Source: Verrucomicrobiia bacterium
Lineage (GTDB): Bacteria; Verrucomicrobiota; Verrucomicrobiia; Limisphaerales; UBA1319
Assembly (NCBI GenBank): GCA_963664225.1
Contig: OY760937.1
Coordinates: 4,096,001-4,160,000 of the forward strand
Length of the DNA stretch: 64,000 nucleotides
Direction of reading: 5' to 3'
Position numbers and translations under genes: made by a program. Shown here one piece after another: positions 18,820 through 27,201 of the stretch. How positions within the stretch are numbered: position 1 is the stretch's first letter; every line of letters begins with the position of its first letter. The notes under the pieces were generated by a model that was not told where the DNA came from, searched no databases, and was given only the letters and a program-made list of their open reading frames with translations.

Positions 18820-19833
18820 ATGAAAACGAATCTCTTCAAACTGTGGGGCGTGATCTCTTTGCTCGCCGCCTTGAATTTACATGTGCAAGCGGCTCCCGGC
18901 GTTGTGTATGAAGGCAAGGCAGGCCCGGGCCTGGGCAAGCACATCGTCTTCCTGGCAGGTGACGAGGAATACCGGTCCGAGGAGGGCCTGCCCCAGATGG
19001 CCCAAATTCTGGCCAAACGCCACGGTTTCAAATGCACTGTTCTTTTCTCCATCGACCCCACCAACGGGACCATTGCGCCCACGGCTCAAAGGAACATTCC
19101 CGGACTGGAGATTCTGCCCACGGCGGACATGGTGGTGATGCTGCTGCGCTTTCGCGAGTTGCCCGATGATCGCATGAAGTATTTCGTGGATTACCTCAAT
19201 TCCGGGAAACCCATTCTGGCTCTGCGCACTTCCACGCATGCCTTTGCCTACGAGGCCAATAAACAGAGTCCCTACGCGAAGTTCGATTACCGCAGCAAGG
19301 AATGGCCCGGCGGTTTTGGACAGCAGGTGCTCGGGGAAACGTGGGTCGATCACCATGGTTCGCATGCCAAGGAAAGCACCCGGGGCATTCTCGCCGAGGC
19401 CTTCAAAACCCATCCCATTCTCAAGGGCGTCGATGACATCTGGGGTCCCACGGATGTCTATACGGTGACGCATCTGCCCAAGACCGCGCAGGTACTTGTT
19501 TATGGCCAGGTGCTTGCAGGGATGAAGCCGACCGACAAACCGGTGTCCGGCCCCAAGAACGATCCCATGATGCCGGTTGTCTGGATGCGCGAGTATCGGG
19601 GGGATTCGGGTAAAACCGCTCAGATCATCACCACCACCATGGGCGCCGCCAACGATCTCGAAAGCGCGGGTCTGCGCCGATTGCTGGTCAACGCCTGTTA
19701 CTGGGCCACCGGTTTGTCGAACCAGATTCCAGCCAGCGCGAATGTCGATCTTGTTGGGGAGTATCACCCGACCAATTTCGGATTCGACAAAGGCATCAAA
19801 GGCGTCAAGCCCGAGGATCTGGCCTGGAAATAA
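18820..19833 (+). CDS. Secreted ThuA-like (class I glutamine amidotransferase-like) domain protein
   Basis: Signal peptide; GDEEYRSEE, LRTSTHAF, HPILKGV, TTTMG..LRRLLVNACYWA. Confidence 0.75.
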   Translation: MKTNLFKLWGVISLLAALNLHVQAAPGVVYEGKAGPGLGKHIVFLAGDEEYRSEEGLPQMAQILAKRHGFKCTVLFSIDPTNGTIAPTAQRNIPGLEILPTADMVVMLLRFRELPDDRMKYFVDYLNSGKPILALRTSTHAFAYEANKQSPYAKFDYRSKEWPGGFGQQVLGETWVDHHGSHAKESTRGILAEAFKTHPILKGVDDIWGPTDVYTVTHLPKTAQVLVYGQVLAGMKPTDKPVSGPKNDPMMPVVWMREYRGDSGKTAQIITTTMGAANDLESAGLRRLLVNACYWATGLSNQIPASANVDLVGEYHPTNFGFDKGIKGVKPEDLAWK

Positions 19834-19866
19834 AGGAAACGAGATTAGCGTTCCGGTCCCGGTTTG

Positions 19867-19979
19867 GGTTGACCGCTGGGGTGGTTTTCGGTTGACCGCA
19901 GGGGGTGAGACTGGGTTGACCGCACCGGTTGACCGTTGGGTTGATTTTGGGTTGATCGCTGGTCAACCGGGTTGATTGC
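19867..19979 (+). repeat. Irregular GGTTGA(CCGC) repeat cluster
   Basis: Direct copies at 19867, 19890, 19914, 19927, 19939, 19950, 19970; inverted copy at 19961. Confidence 0.75.
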
Positions 19980-20006
19980 TGGAAACTTTGGCGGAGAGCG
20001 GAAACC

Positions 20007-20206
20007 AGAGGTCTGAGATCAGCGGTCAGAGGTCAGTGGAAGAAAGCGGAGGCCGAAATTAACAGGAATGGGCAGGATGGGGGGGATTAACCACAAAGAA
20101 CACATAGATCCCAAAGAACCGCCAATGAACGGGAAAAAAAACCACAGGGGCACAGAGGCACGGAGAAGGAAAATTCACATGGATGGGCAGGATTAACAGG
20201 ATGGGG
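20007..20206 (+). repeat. Cluster of short 7-9-nt period repeat modules
   Basis: AGAGGTC heptamers; AACCACAAAGAACACATAGATCCCAAAG; AACCACAGGGGCACAGAGGCACGGAG; CACATGGATGGGCAGGATTAACAGGAT. Confidence 0.7.
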
Positions 20207-20258
20207 ACCGGACTGCTGGGAGGTTCTGAGAAAAAGAGGTCGTGAGGAAGTTCAAATG

Positions 20259-20353
20259 TTTGAATGAAGAAACCTGAGCCGCCGCTGACTCGCGGGACGC
20301 GTGGATTGCAACCGGAGCGCGATGGCCGGGTCCGCCGCAGCGCATGGTTCTGC
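20259..20353 (-). other. attC site, degenerate (R' ATT instead of GTT)
   Basis: GCAGAAC...CGCGAGTCAGCGGCGGCTCA-N9-ATTCAAA just after the phosphoesterase stop. Confidence 0.6.
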
Positions 20354-20361
20354 ATTGCTGG

Positions 20362-21201
20362 TCATGCTCGATCCAAGTGAAACAAGGTGATCTCAGGCCG
20401 CGCGTTGAACCGCACGCGCAACAGGTGCCCAACACCGCGATTAATGTACATCCTGCGTCCTCCAGAAAGCGTGAACTCTCCTGAGGTGTACCGCTTGTTT
20501 CGAACCGGCAACAGTGGAGGCGGGAGAAATGGAGGCTTGCACTGACCCCCGTGGGTGTGCCCGGCCAGAATCCATCCTCCGTATTCCCCCCAACCCGGTT
20601 TATCGACTGTGTCAGGATTGTGGCTCAACACGAGGGAGGCTTGTTGCGGATCGAGGGTTGCCAGCGTTCGTTCCGGGTCGAAGCGACGCGCCCACAAATC
20701 ATCCATTCCGGCAACCTGTAGGCCTTCGACGGCGGCAATCTCATTCCGCAGCACTCTCACCCCGGCGGACAGCGCCAATGCCGCAATCGCGTCCGCGACC
20801 TCAGGATGTGCCCATCCGGGGCCATAGTCGTGGTTCCCCAGGATGCCCAAGGTGGCCAGGTTACCCAACGGCAACTGGGCAAAAACGCGACCGGCATGTG
20901 CGAGGATGTTGCTGTCATAGCTGGTCAAATCGCCGGTATAAACCACGATCTCGGGGGCGAGGTCCCTGACCCGCTTAAAGATCTGCATGAGATAGGCATC
21001 CTCAACGCGTGGGCCGATGTGAAGGTCGCTCAACTGCACCAAACGTGCATCTTTCAGCCGGTCCGGAAGGTGCGCCACCGGGAGTCGGTGTTCGACGACC
21101 TCCACCCAGTGAGGCTCCCAGCGCCAGGTGTACACGCCCACGCCCAGCCCGAGACCGGATGCGACTGCCGTGGCTCGCAGGAATTGACGACGGGTGATCA
21201 T
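20362..21201 (-). CDS. Calcineurin-like metallophosphoesterase (YkuE/YaeI-like), integron cassette
   Basis: SDLH, TGD, GNHD, SHNPD, GHTHGGQ motifs; TRRQFLR leader. Confidence 0.9.
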   Translation of the reverse strand: MITRRQFLRATAVASGLGLGVGVYTWRWEPHWVEVVEHRLPVAHLPDRLKDARLVQLSDLHIGPRVEDAYLMQIFKRVRDLAPEIVVYTGDLTSYDSNILAHAGRVFAQLPLGNLATLGILGNHDYGPGWAHPEVADAIAALALSAGVRVLRNEIAAVEGLQVAGMDDLWARRFDPERTLATLDPQQASLVLSHNPDTVDKPGWGEYGGWILAGHTHGGQCKPPFLPPPLLPVRNKRYTSGEFTLSGGRRMYINRGVGHLLRVRFNARPEITLFHLDRA

Positions 21202-21227
21202 GCAGACAGGGGCTTTGTGGGCATCAT

Positions 21228-21452
21228 GCGGAACGGAGAAAGGGGAGCCACGCGGAAACCATGGCGTGGTAAAGCTGAAAACTCAGGCGCGGAACGGCCA
21301 GCGTCAATGAAGGCTGGCTTCCGCGATTTATCAGGTGGTGTCATTTTGGTATCCATTGATATTCAATGCCTGATGCTTCGATTATCCAGCGATGCCCGAA
21401 TTGTGACCGGCCTGAACGGCTGGCTCCCGTACACTCCACGCTCTGGTTCAGC
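21228..21452 (-). other. Abnormally long or disrupted attC site
   Basis: Left arm GCTGAAC..GGGAGCCA at about 21421-21452; right arm TGGCTCCC..GTTCCGC at about 21228-21250. Confidence 0.45.
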
Positions 21453-21462
21453 ATTTTGGGGG

Positions 21463-22050
21463 TTATCGTTGAAAGGGTTGGGTAACTGCCACAGCCAACT
21501 CATGAGGCACGGCGGGATGAGCATTGCAAATGTCGTCGGCTGTGACGTGGGGCAGCGACGGCTGATGCTGGCGAATGGTGCGGATAATGCCGGAGTCTAG
21601 AGCCAAGAGCTGTTCAGTGAGACAACACGCGGAACGATAGCTCTCAACGTCAGCGTACCAGTCTGAATAGAGATGCTCACGCATGTAGCGAATCGAGAAA
21701 TGTGTGGCCAAGCCTTCGTCCAAGACTATGGTTCTCTGTTCGCCAGACGGTGACAGAAGGTGGACGGCCTCGTGCGCCATCTGAAAACACGCACGCTCCA
21801 TGTCGGTCGCGCATGCTGGACTAATCTGAACGACAACGTGGCCGCAATTTCCTGGATACCAAATCTGTGGAATGTTCCCGCCGAACTCAACACCCAAAAG
21901 TGTGTAGTTCCGGACACATGGGCCGTAGAGTTCCTGAGCAATGCCGAGGATGTGACCGAGACGAGAAGCAAGAGTCCACGTCCAGCCAGTGCCACTGGGG
22001 AGGGGTCTAGCATACAAAAGGTCGGTCTCAAATTGGACGTTTGCGATCAC
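21463..22050 (-). CDS. HExxH zinc metallopeptidase-like cassette protein
   Basis: MAHEAVH followed by LDEGLAT; the longer ORF start runs into an attC, so GTG at 22050 was chosen. Confidence 0.65.
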   Translation of the reverse strand: MIANVQFETDLLYARPLPSGTGWTWTLASRLGHILGIAQELYGPCVRNYTLLGVEFGGNIPQIWYPGNCGHVVVQISPACATDMERACFQMAHEAVHLLSPSGEQRTIVLDEGLATHFSIRYMREHLYSDWYADVESYRSACCLTEQLLALDSGIIRTIRQHQPSLPHVTADDICNAHPAVPHELAVAVTQPFQR

Positions 22051-22064
22051 GGGTTCAAATAAAT

Positions 22065-22190
22065 CCCGAAAGGAAAAAGTTGAGCCACAGGCATCGTGAG
22101 CCAGCACAACCAATAAAAGAAAACATAATGAAAAAGCAAAACTCGAAACAGCAAGGCGCAATGCCCGTTGGCTCCCGCGTCTTGTTAGGC
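22065..22190 (-). other. attC site (126 bp, R' TTT instead of GTT)
   Basis: GCCTAAC..GAGCCAAC...GTGGCTCA-N9-TTTCGGG. Confidence 0.7.
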
Positions 22191-22265
22191 CACAGGGTCA
22201 TCGCCGCACCATCCAAACAAGAATAGAACCGGGCGGCGCGTGAGGACTCCAAGGCGCTGGAATCT

Positions 22266-22550
22266 CTACCCACAAGTAAGCTCCTTGTTGAGGTTTCGAA
22301 TGGCGTCATTCCAGCTAAACGTCCTAAAAAAGGGAAGCCAATTCGGCGGCGCAATAAAGCGATGACCGCTACCCTCCCTCCAAATCGGAACAACCGTGCC
22401 GGCAAGACCGGCGGAACTGGCGCAAGCCTGTAACCTGGATATGCTGTCATGCTGGTCACTCTCGGACTTGTATCCGAACGATGAATCGAGCGGGATGACT
22501 ATGAGGTCAATACCCTGCTCCCTGATGTGTGCGATTTTGTATTGCGACAT
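22266..22550 (-). CDS. Hypothetical cassette protein (94 aa)
   Basis: ORF bounded by attC sites; cassette start GCTAGGCCACA complements end TGTGGCCTAAC. Confidence 0.75.
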   Translation of the reverse strand: MSQYKIAHIREQGIDLIVIPLDSSFGYKSESDQHDSISRLQACASSAGLAGTVVPIWREGSGHRFIAPPNWLPFFRTFSWNDAIRNLNKELTCG

Positions 22551-22571
22551 AAAATATAAATGCGCTTTGTG

Positions 22572-22670
22572 GCCTAGCGCCGGAACTCACACGCGCTGGG
22601 CCAATGATGTGAACCGCGAAATCGGTACTGAGTGCGCCATCCGGCGCTGGCTGTAGTGATCCCGTTCGGC
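22572..22670 (-). other. attC site (99 bp, R' GCT)
   Basis: GCCGAAC...GCTAGGC with internal dyad symmetry; related to the 99-bp attC family at 62-64 kb. Confidence 0.75.
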
Positions 22671-22688
22671 TGCAAATTCGTCATACTC

Positions 22689-22856
22689 TCACTTCTCGCT
22701 CTCGCGCATCTTGCGCACAGCCTGCTCAGCGGCAGCGGCAAGACGCTCATGTGCACTCATCGCTCGCCAGCCAACAACCATCCAGAAGATCGCTGAAAAT
22801 ATCGCGGCGAGAATCGCAAACATTGCGAGCGCGCCACCTGATGCGTTTATGTTCAT
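22689..22856 (-). CDS. Small single-transmembrane cassette protein (55 aa)
   Basis: MNINASGGALAMFAILAAIFSAIFWMVVGWRAM; lies between two attC sites. Confidence 0.65.
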   Translation of the reverse strand: MNINASGGALAMFAILAAIFSAIFWMVVGWRAMSAHERLAAAAEQAVRKMRESEK

Positions 22857-22886
22857 AATGTAAAAATGGACTCGATGTGACTTGCG

Positions 22887-23012
22887 GCCGAACGACCGAG
22901 CTCGCGCACCACCAGGTGAGCGCCGACAACGAAAATGAAGGGAGCAGCCGAAAAACCAGAAGCGACAAAACTGAGGCGTCCACGGTTGATGCGTGCAACG
23001 ACCTGGTTGGGC
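22887..23012 (-). other. attC site (126 bp)
   Basis: R'' GCCCAAC and R' GTTCGGC, both intact. Confidence 0.85.
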
Positions 23013-23025
23013 CACATAGCTCGTT

Positions 23026-23328
23026 TCATTGGTGCATCAAAATCGTCATAGCGATATATCCCAAAAGGAACTGAAGTGCAAAAATGGCGATAGCAATCAA
23101 TGCCAGCTTACTCTGACGAACCCCAAAAAGAATTAGCGAGATAACCGTGCAAATAATCGTGACAGGCAAAGTGCAGACCACCACCGCAAATGCCGAAATG
23201 CTCGGATGATGACCTGTGAATATCTGGCAAAGCGCGATGGCCATCGTCACAAAACTGATGCTGGCGCAAACAAACGCGACCAAATTCGCACTTGCCGCGA
23301 ACGACTGACTCTTGGAACTCGATGTCAT
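23026..23328 (-). CDS. Three-transmembrane cassette protein (100 aa)
   Basis: Hydrophobic ORF between attC sites. Confidence 0.7.
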   Translation of the reverse strand: MTSSSKSQSFAASANLVAFVCASISFVTMAIALCQIFTGHHPSISAFAVVVCTLPVTIICTVISLILFGVRQSKLALIAIAIFALQFLLGYIAMTILMHQ

Positions 23329-23348
23329 ACGTTTTGTGGTGTCATGTG

Positions 23349-23441
23349 GCCGAACGACCCGGCTCAGGCAGGCAGGGCCAATGGTGTTCAATTGCCATCC
23401 GAGATGCGAACCCGGCCTTGCCTGCAGTCGGCTGGTTCGGC
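23349..23441 (-). other. attC site (93 bp)
   Basis: GCCGAAC..CAGGC...GCCTG..GTTCGGC imperfect palindrome. Confidence 0.88.
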
Positions 23442-23460
23442 CACATTGTGACGGCCGATT

Positions 23461-23646
23461 TCATGTGTAGTTGATGTTGCCAAAACCAAGGAATGAGCGG
23501 CAGTGAGGACACAAGAGAAACTGCTTCCGTTCAATGAACCCGATTCCCTTGGATTTTACCCAGATGAACTTCAGTTCTTTCTTGCAGTGGGGGCAGATAG
23601 GCCAGACGTCATCTGGCGCTTCCTGAATATCGAGCTTCTTAGGCAT
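23461..23646 (-). CDS. Zinc-ribbon mini-protein, first cassette (61 aa)
   Basis: Two CPHC motifs; AAGGAG ribosome binding site. Confidence 0.75.
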   Translation of the reverse strand: MPKKLDIQEAPDDVWPICPHCKKELKFIWVKSKGIGFIERKQFLLCPHCRSFLGFGNINYT

Positions 23647-23660
23647 ACATTGTCTCCTTT

Positions 23661-23680
23661 GCCGAACTTTGGTTATACGA
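23661..23680 (-). other. attI-like primary recombination site
   Basis: GTATAACCAAAG|TTCGGC with no attC hairpin upstream; resembles attI1 CTAAAACAAAGTT; its core complements the R'' of the first cassette. Confidence 0.65.
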
Positions 23681-23760
23681 CGGTCGGTTCATTGATCCCA
23701 GCCGAAGAATCTGTCGTCCTTTTATTCGCAAGCTATTCATTAGCAATTGCTCGTTTCCTT

Positions 23761-23790
23761 GATATAGGACCTCCGGTTCGTTTATTGCAA
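23761..23790 (-). promoter_or_regulatory. Candidate cassette promoter (Pc)
   Basis: TTGCAA-N18-TATATC about 100 bp upstream of attI, facing the cassettes. Confidence 0.4.
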
Positions 23791-24019
23791 GTCGGATCAC
23801 GTCATTGGCACGCATTTCTCCGTGCATAATTGCAGGGTGTGCTTCGATGGGAAAGCCGTCAAGCGGTTAGTGGAAGAATAATGATCAGGGGAGGCGGCAT
23901 TCAAGCGCTTTCCGTCAAAAGTTTAAAGATGCAGGGAAAATGTATTCGCAAGAAAGAAAGGCGGTGACATTCAGGACGACGATTTTCAGAATCCGGGGTT
24001 GTGAGTATTGCATCTGATT

Positions 24020-24120
24020 CAACTCCTTCGGAGTAGGTTTGGTGTGTTGGGGGCGATTACCCCGGGTAGGCCTCGGCGGGCAACCCGGGGCTGAATGATT
24101 GCAACCCGTTCCGGGTTGCC
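24020..24120. repeat. REP-like hairpin group
   Basis: ACTCCTTCGGAGT, CCCCGGGT...ACCCGGGG and CAACCCGTTCCGGGTTG hairpins. Confidence 0.6.
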
Positions 24121-24250
24121 GGGAGGATGGGGAAGAACAGCGATGAAAAAAGAATTAACATGGATGTGCAGGATGAACAGGATGGGGGGGGAAGAGGAAT
24201 GGATAATGGACAATGGAAAATTAGGGTCCCGGGTCCCGTCCTAAAATAGG

Positions 24251-24637
24251 TTGTCCCTAATGAGACAACAAAACAGTGTTCGAAGGGTGGGGATACGGTA
24301 CAGTGAGTCGTTTAAAATGGCTGTGGTTCGGGAGCTGGAAGAGGGCGAAATGTCCTTTGAGGCGATGCGGCGAAAGTACGGCATAAAGGGCACGGGCACC
24401 GTCCAAAAGTGGGCTCGCAAGTACGGCAGGGGCGATTTAGGAAAGGTCATACGCGTGGAAACACCTAAAGAATTCAATGAACGGGATCAAATGAAGAAGC
24501 GAATCAAGGCTTTGGAGAAAGCGTTGGCCGATGCGCACATCGATCTGGCGATCGAGCGTGCCACCATCCAAGTGGCCTGCGAACGGGCGGGGATTAAGGA
24601 TGTGGCGGAGTTCAAAAAAAAAGTGGCTGGGAAATAG
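24251..24637 (+). CDS. IS3-family OrfA (helix-turn-helix)
   Basis: RYSESFKMAVV..KWARKYG; ends over an A9G slippery run. Confidence 0.9.
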   Translation: MSLMRQQNSVRRVGIRYSESFKMAVVRELEEGEMSFEAMRRKYGIKGTGTVQKWARKYGRGDLGKVIRVETPKEFNERDQMKKRIKALEKALADAHIDLAIERATIQVACERAGIKDVAEFKKKVAGK

Positions 24638-24675
24638 CCCATTGTGCGGTCAGGGGAGGTTCGGCGGATCAGGAG

Positions 24676-25512
24676 GTGCCGGTCAAAGGGGTGTGTCGCC
24701 GACTGGGGATGAGCCGCCAGAACTTCTATGCGGGGCGCACGCGGCGGATGCGCAAGAAAGTGGAGGGCGACCTTGTGGCGGATTTAGTGCGTCAGGAGCG
24801 CAGGAAGCATCCGCGGATCGGGGCGCGAAAGCTCCACAGGACGATCAAGCCAGCCCTGGAAAAGGCCGGAGTAAAAATGGGGCGGGACCGCCTGTTTGAA
24901 GAGTTGCGAGAGCGGGATTTGCTGGTGCCGCCGCTGCCCCGGCAATGGCCCCAGACAACCCATTACAATCCCAGTTTGCCGGTGTTTCACAATGAGATCA
25001 AGGAACGGGAGGTGAAGCGGGCCAATGAGGTTTGGGTGGCGGATATGACCTATGTGCGGACCGACGAGGGTTTTTTATATGTGTCGCTGATCACGGATAA
25101 GTATTCGCGCAAGATCGTGGGTTTCCATGCCGATGAGACGCTGGAAACCAGGGGGACGCTTGAGGCGTTGGAGATGGCGCTGGCGGCACTGCCCAGGGGA
25201 TTCAATCCGATCCATCATTCGGATCGTGGCTGTCAGTATGCCAGTCATGAGTATGTGGATCGGTTGAAGTTGGGCGGCCTGTCCATCAGCATGACGGAGG
25301 AGGATCATTGCGCGGAGAATGCGATGGCCGAACGGGTCAACGGCATCCTAAAGCAGGAGTATGGCATAGGGTATGGATTTAAGACCAAGGCGCTGGCGCG
25401 CAAAGTAATCAGTCAGGCTGTCAATCTCTACAATACGCGCCGATTGCATACGGCATTGAATTACCAGGTGCCCGAGGCCGTTCACATCCGGGGAACCGTC
25501 GAGTATAACTAA
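24676..25512 (+). CDS. IS3-family OrfB DDE transposase
   Basis: WVADMTY, HHSDRGCQY, ENAMAERVNGILKQE, YNTRRLH. Confidence 0.93.
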   Translation: MPVKGVCRRLGMSRQNFYAGRTRRMRKKVEGDLVADLVRQERRKHPRIGARKLHRTIKPALEKAGVKMGRDRLFEELRERDLLVPPLPRQWPQTTHYNPSLPVFHNEIKEREVKRANEVWVADMTYVRTDEGFLYVSLITDKYSRKIVGFHADETLETRGTLEALEMALAALPRGFNPIHHSDRGCQYASHEYVDRLKLGGLSISMTEEDHCAENAMAERVNGILKQEYGIGYGFKTKALARKVISQAVNLYNTRRLHTALNYQVPEAVHIRGTVEYN

Positions 25513-25728
25513 GAAGCCATACCGGCCTGAGAGGGGAGGGTCCGCGCCACAGTGCCCCTTCGGGTCCACTACGGCATTGGCACTTCGTGCCAAAGCCTCC
25601 GTTCCCCCGAAGGGGCACTGCTCTCCTCCTGAAGGTGTGGGACAGTAGGAAGATTCCCTCCGACCGGAAACCGAAAGAAATAAGACTCAGGAAAAAGTGA
25701 CAAATTTAAACCAGGACTTGACCATAGG

Positions 25729-26115
25729 TTGTCCCTAATGAGACAACAAAACAGTGTTCGAAGGGTGGGGATACGGTACAGTGAGTCGTTTAAAATGGCT
25801 GTGGTTCGGGAGCTGGAAGAGGGCGAAATGTCCTTTGAGGCGATGCGGCGAAAGTACGGCATAAAGGGCACGGGCACCGTCCAAAAGTGGGCTCGCAAGT
25901 ACGGCAGGGGCGATTTAGGAAAGGTCATACGCGTGGAAACACCTAAAGAATTCAATGAACGGGATCAAATGAAGAAGCGAATCAAGGCTTTGGAGAAAGC
26001 GTTGGCCGATGCGCACATCGATCTGGCGATCGAGCGTGCCACCATCCAAGTGGCCTGCGAACGGGCGGGGATTAAGGATGTGGCGGAGTTCAAAAAAAAA
26101 GTGGCTGGGAAATAG
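25729..26115 (+). CDS. IS3-family OrfA, copy 2
   Basis: Protein identical to 24251-24637. Confidence 0.9.
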   Translation: MSLMRQQNSVRRVGIRYSESFKMAVVRELEEGEMSFEAMRRKYGIKGTGTVQKWARKYGRGDLGKVIRVETPKEFNERDQMKKRIKALEKALADAHIDLAIERATIQVACERAGIKDVAEFKKKVAGK

Positions 26116-26153
26116 CCCATTGTGCGGTCAGGGGAGGTTCGGCGGATCAGGAG

Positions 26154-26990
26154 GTGCCGGTCAAAGGGGTGTGTCGCCGACTGGGGATGAGCCGCCAGAA
26201 CTTCTATGCGGGGCGCACGCGGCGGATGCGCAAGAAAGTGGAGGGCGACCTTGTGGCGGATTTAGTGCGTCAGGAGCGCAGGAAGCATCCGCGGATCGGG
26301 GCGCGAAAGCTCCACAGGACGATCAAGCCAGCCCTGGAAAAGGCCGGAGTAAAAATGGGGCGGGACCGCCTGTTTGAAGAGTTGCGAGAGCGGGATTTGC
26401 TGGTGCCGCCGCTGCCCCGGCAATGGCCCCAGACAACCCATTACAATCCCAGTTTGCCGGTGTTTCACAATGAGATCAAGGAACGGGAGGTGAAGCGGGC
26501 CAATGAGGTTTGGGTGGCGGATATGACCTATGTGCGGACCGACGAGGGTTTTTTATATGTGTCGCTGATCACGGATAAGTATTCGCGCAAGATCGTGGGT
26601 TTCCATGCCGATGAGACGCTGGAAACCAGGGGGACGCTTGAGGCGTTGGAGATGGCGCTGGCGGCACTGCCCAGGGGATTCAATCCGATCCATCATTCGG
26701 ATCGTGGCTGTCAGTATGCCAGTCATGAGTATGTGGATCGGTTGAAGTTGGGCGGCCTGTCCATCAGCATGACGGAGGAGGATCATTGCGCGGAGAATGC
26801 GATGGCCGAACGGGTCAACGGCATCCTAAAGCAGGAGTATGGCATAGGGTATGGATTTAAGACCAAGGCGCTGGCGCGCAAAGTAATCAGTCAGGCTGTC
26901 AATCTCTACAATACGCGCCGATTGCATACGGCATTGAATTACCAGGTGCCCGAGGCCGTTCACATCCGGGGAAGCGTCGAGTATAACTAA
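26154..26990 (+). CDS. IS3-family OrfB, copy 2
   Basis: Identical except T>S near the C-terminus. Confidence 0.93.
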   Translation: MPVKGVCRRLGMSRQNFYAGRTRRMRKKVEGDLVADLVRQERRKHPRIGARKLHRTIKPALEKAGVKMGRDRLFEELRERDLLVPPLPRQWPQTTHYNPSLPVFHNEIKEREVKRANEVWVADMTYVRTDEGFLYVSLITDKYSRKIVGFHADETLETRGTLEALEMALAALPRGFNPIHHSDRGCQYASHEYVDRLKLGGLSISMTEEDHCAENAMAERVNGILKQEYGIGYGFKTKALARKVISQAVNLYNTRRLHTALNYQVPEAVHIRGSVEYN

Positions 26991-27201
26991 GAAGCCATAC
27001 CGGCCTGAGAGGGGAGGGTCCGCGCCACAGTGCCCCTTCGGGTCCACTACGGCATTGGCACTTCGTGCCAAAGCCTCCGTTCCCCCGAAGGGGCACTGCT
27101 CTCCTCTTGAAGGTGTGGGACAGTAGGAAGATTCCCTCCGACCGGAAACCGAAAGAAATAAGACTCAGGAAAAAGTGACAAATTTAAACCAGGACTTGAC
27201 C

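Larger units (their letters stand above)
24233..25722 (+). mobile_element. IS3-family insertion sequence, copy 1 (1490 bp)
   Basis: IRL GTCCCGTCCT..TTGTCCCT and IRR (reverse complement) GTCAAGTCCT..TTGTCACT; orfA/orfB in 0/-1 frames. Confidence 0.9.
25724..27200 (+). mobile_element. IS3-family insertion sequence, copy 2 (left IR truncated by 13 bp)
   Basis: Near-identical direct repeat at 1478-bp period; followed by CGG. Confidence 0.9.

Noticed and set aside
19867..20206. Short repeats as CRISPR
   Set aside because: Units are 7-10 bp with irregular spacing
22051..22161. Apparent signal peptide on the HExxH protein
   Set aside because: The extension is a translation of the T-rich attC; the same applies to ORF-track extensions ending at 23015, 23391, 62222, 62758 and 63939
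23639..24230. Integron integrase or its remnant
   Set aside because: Only short ORFs without recognisable tyrosine recombinase motifs
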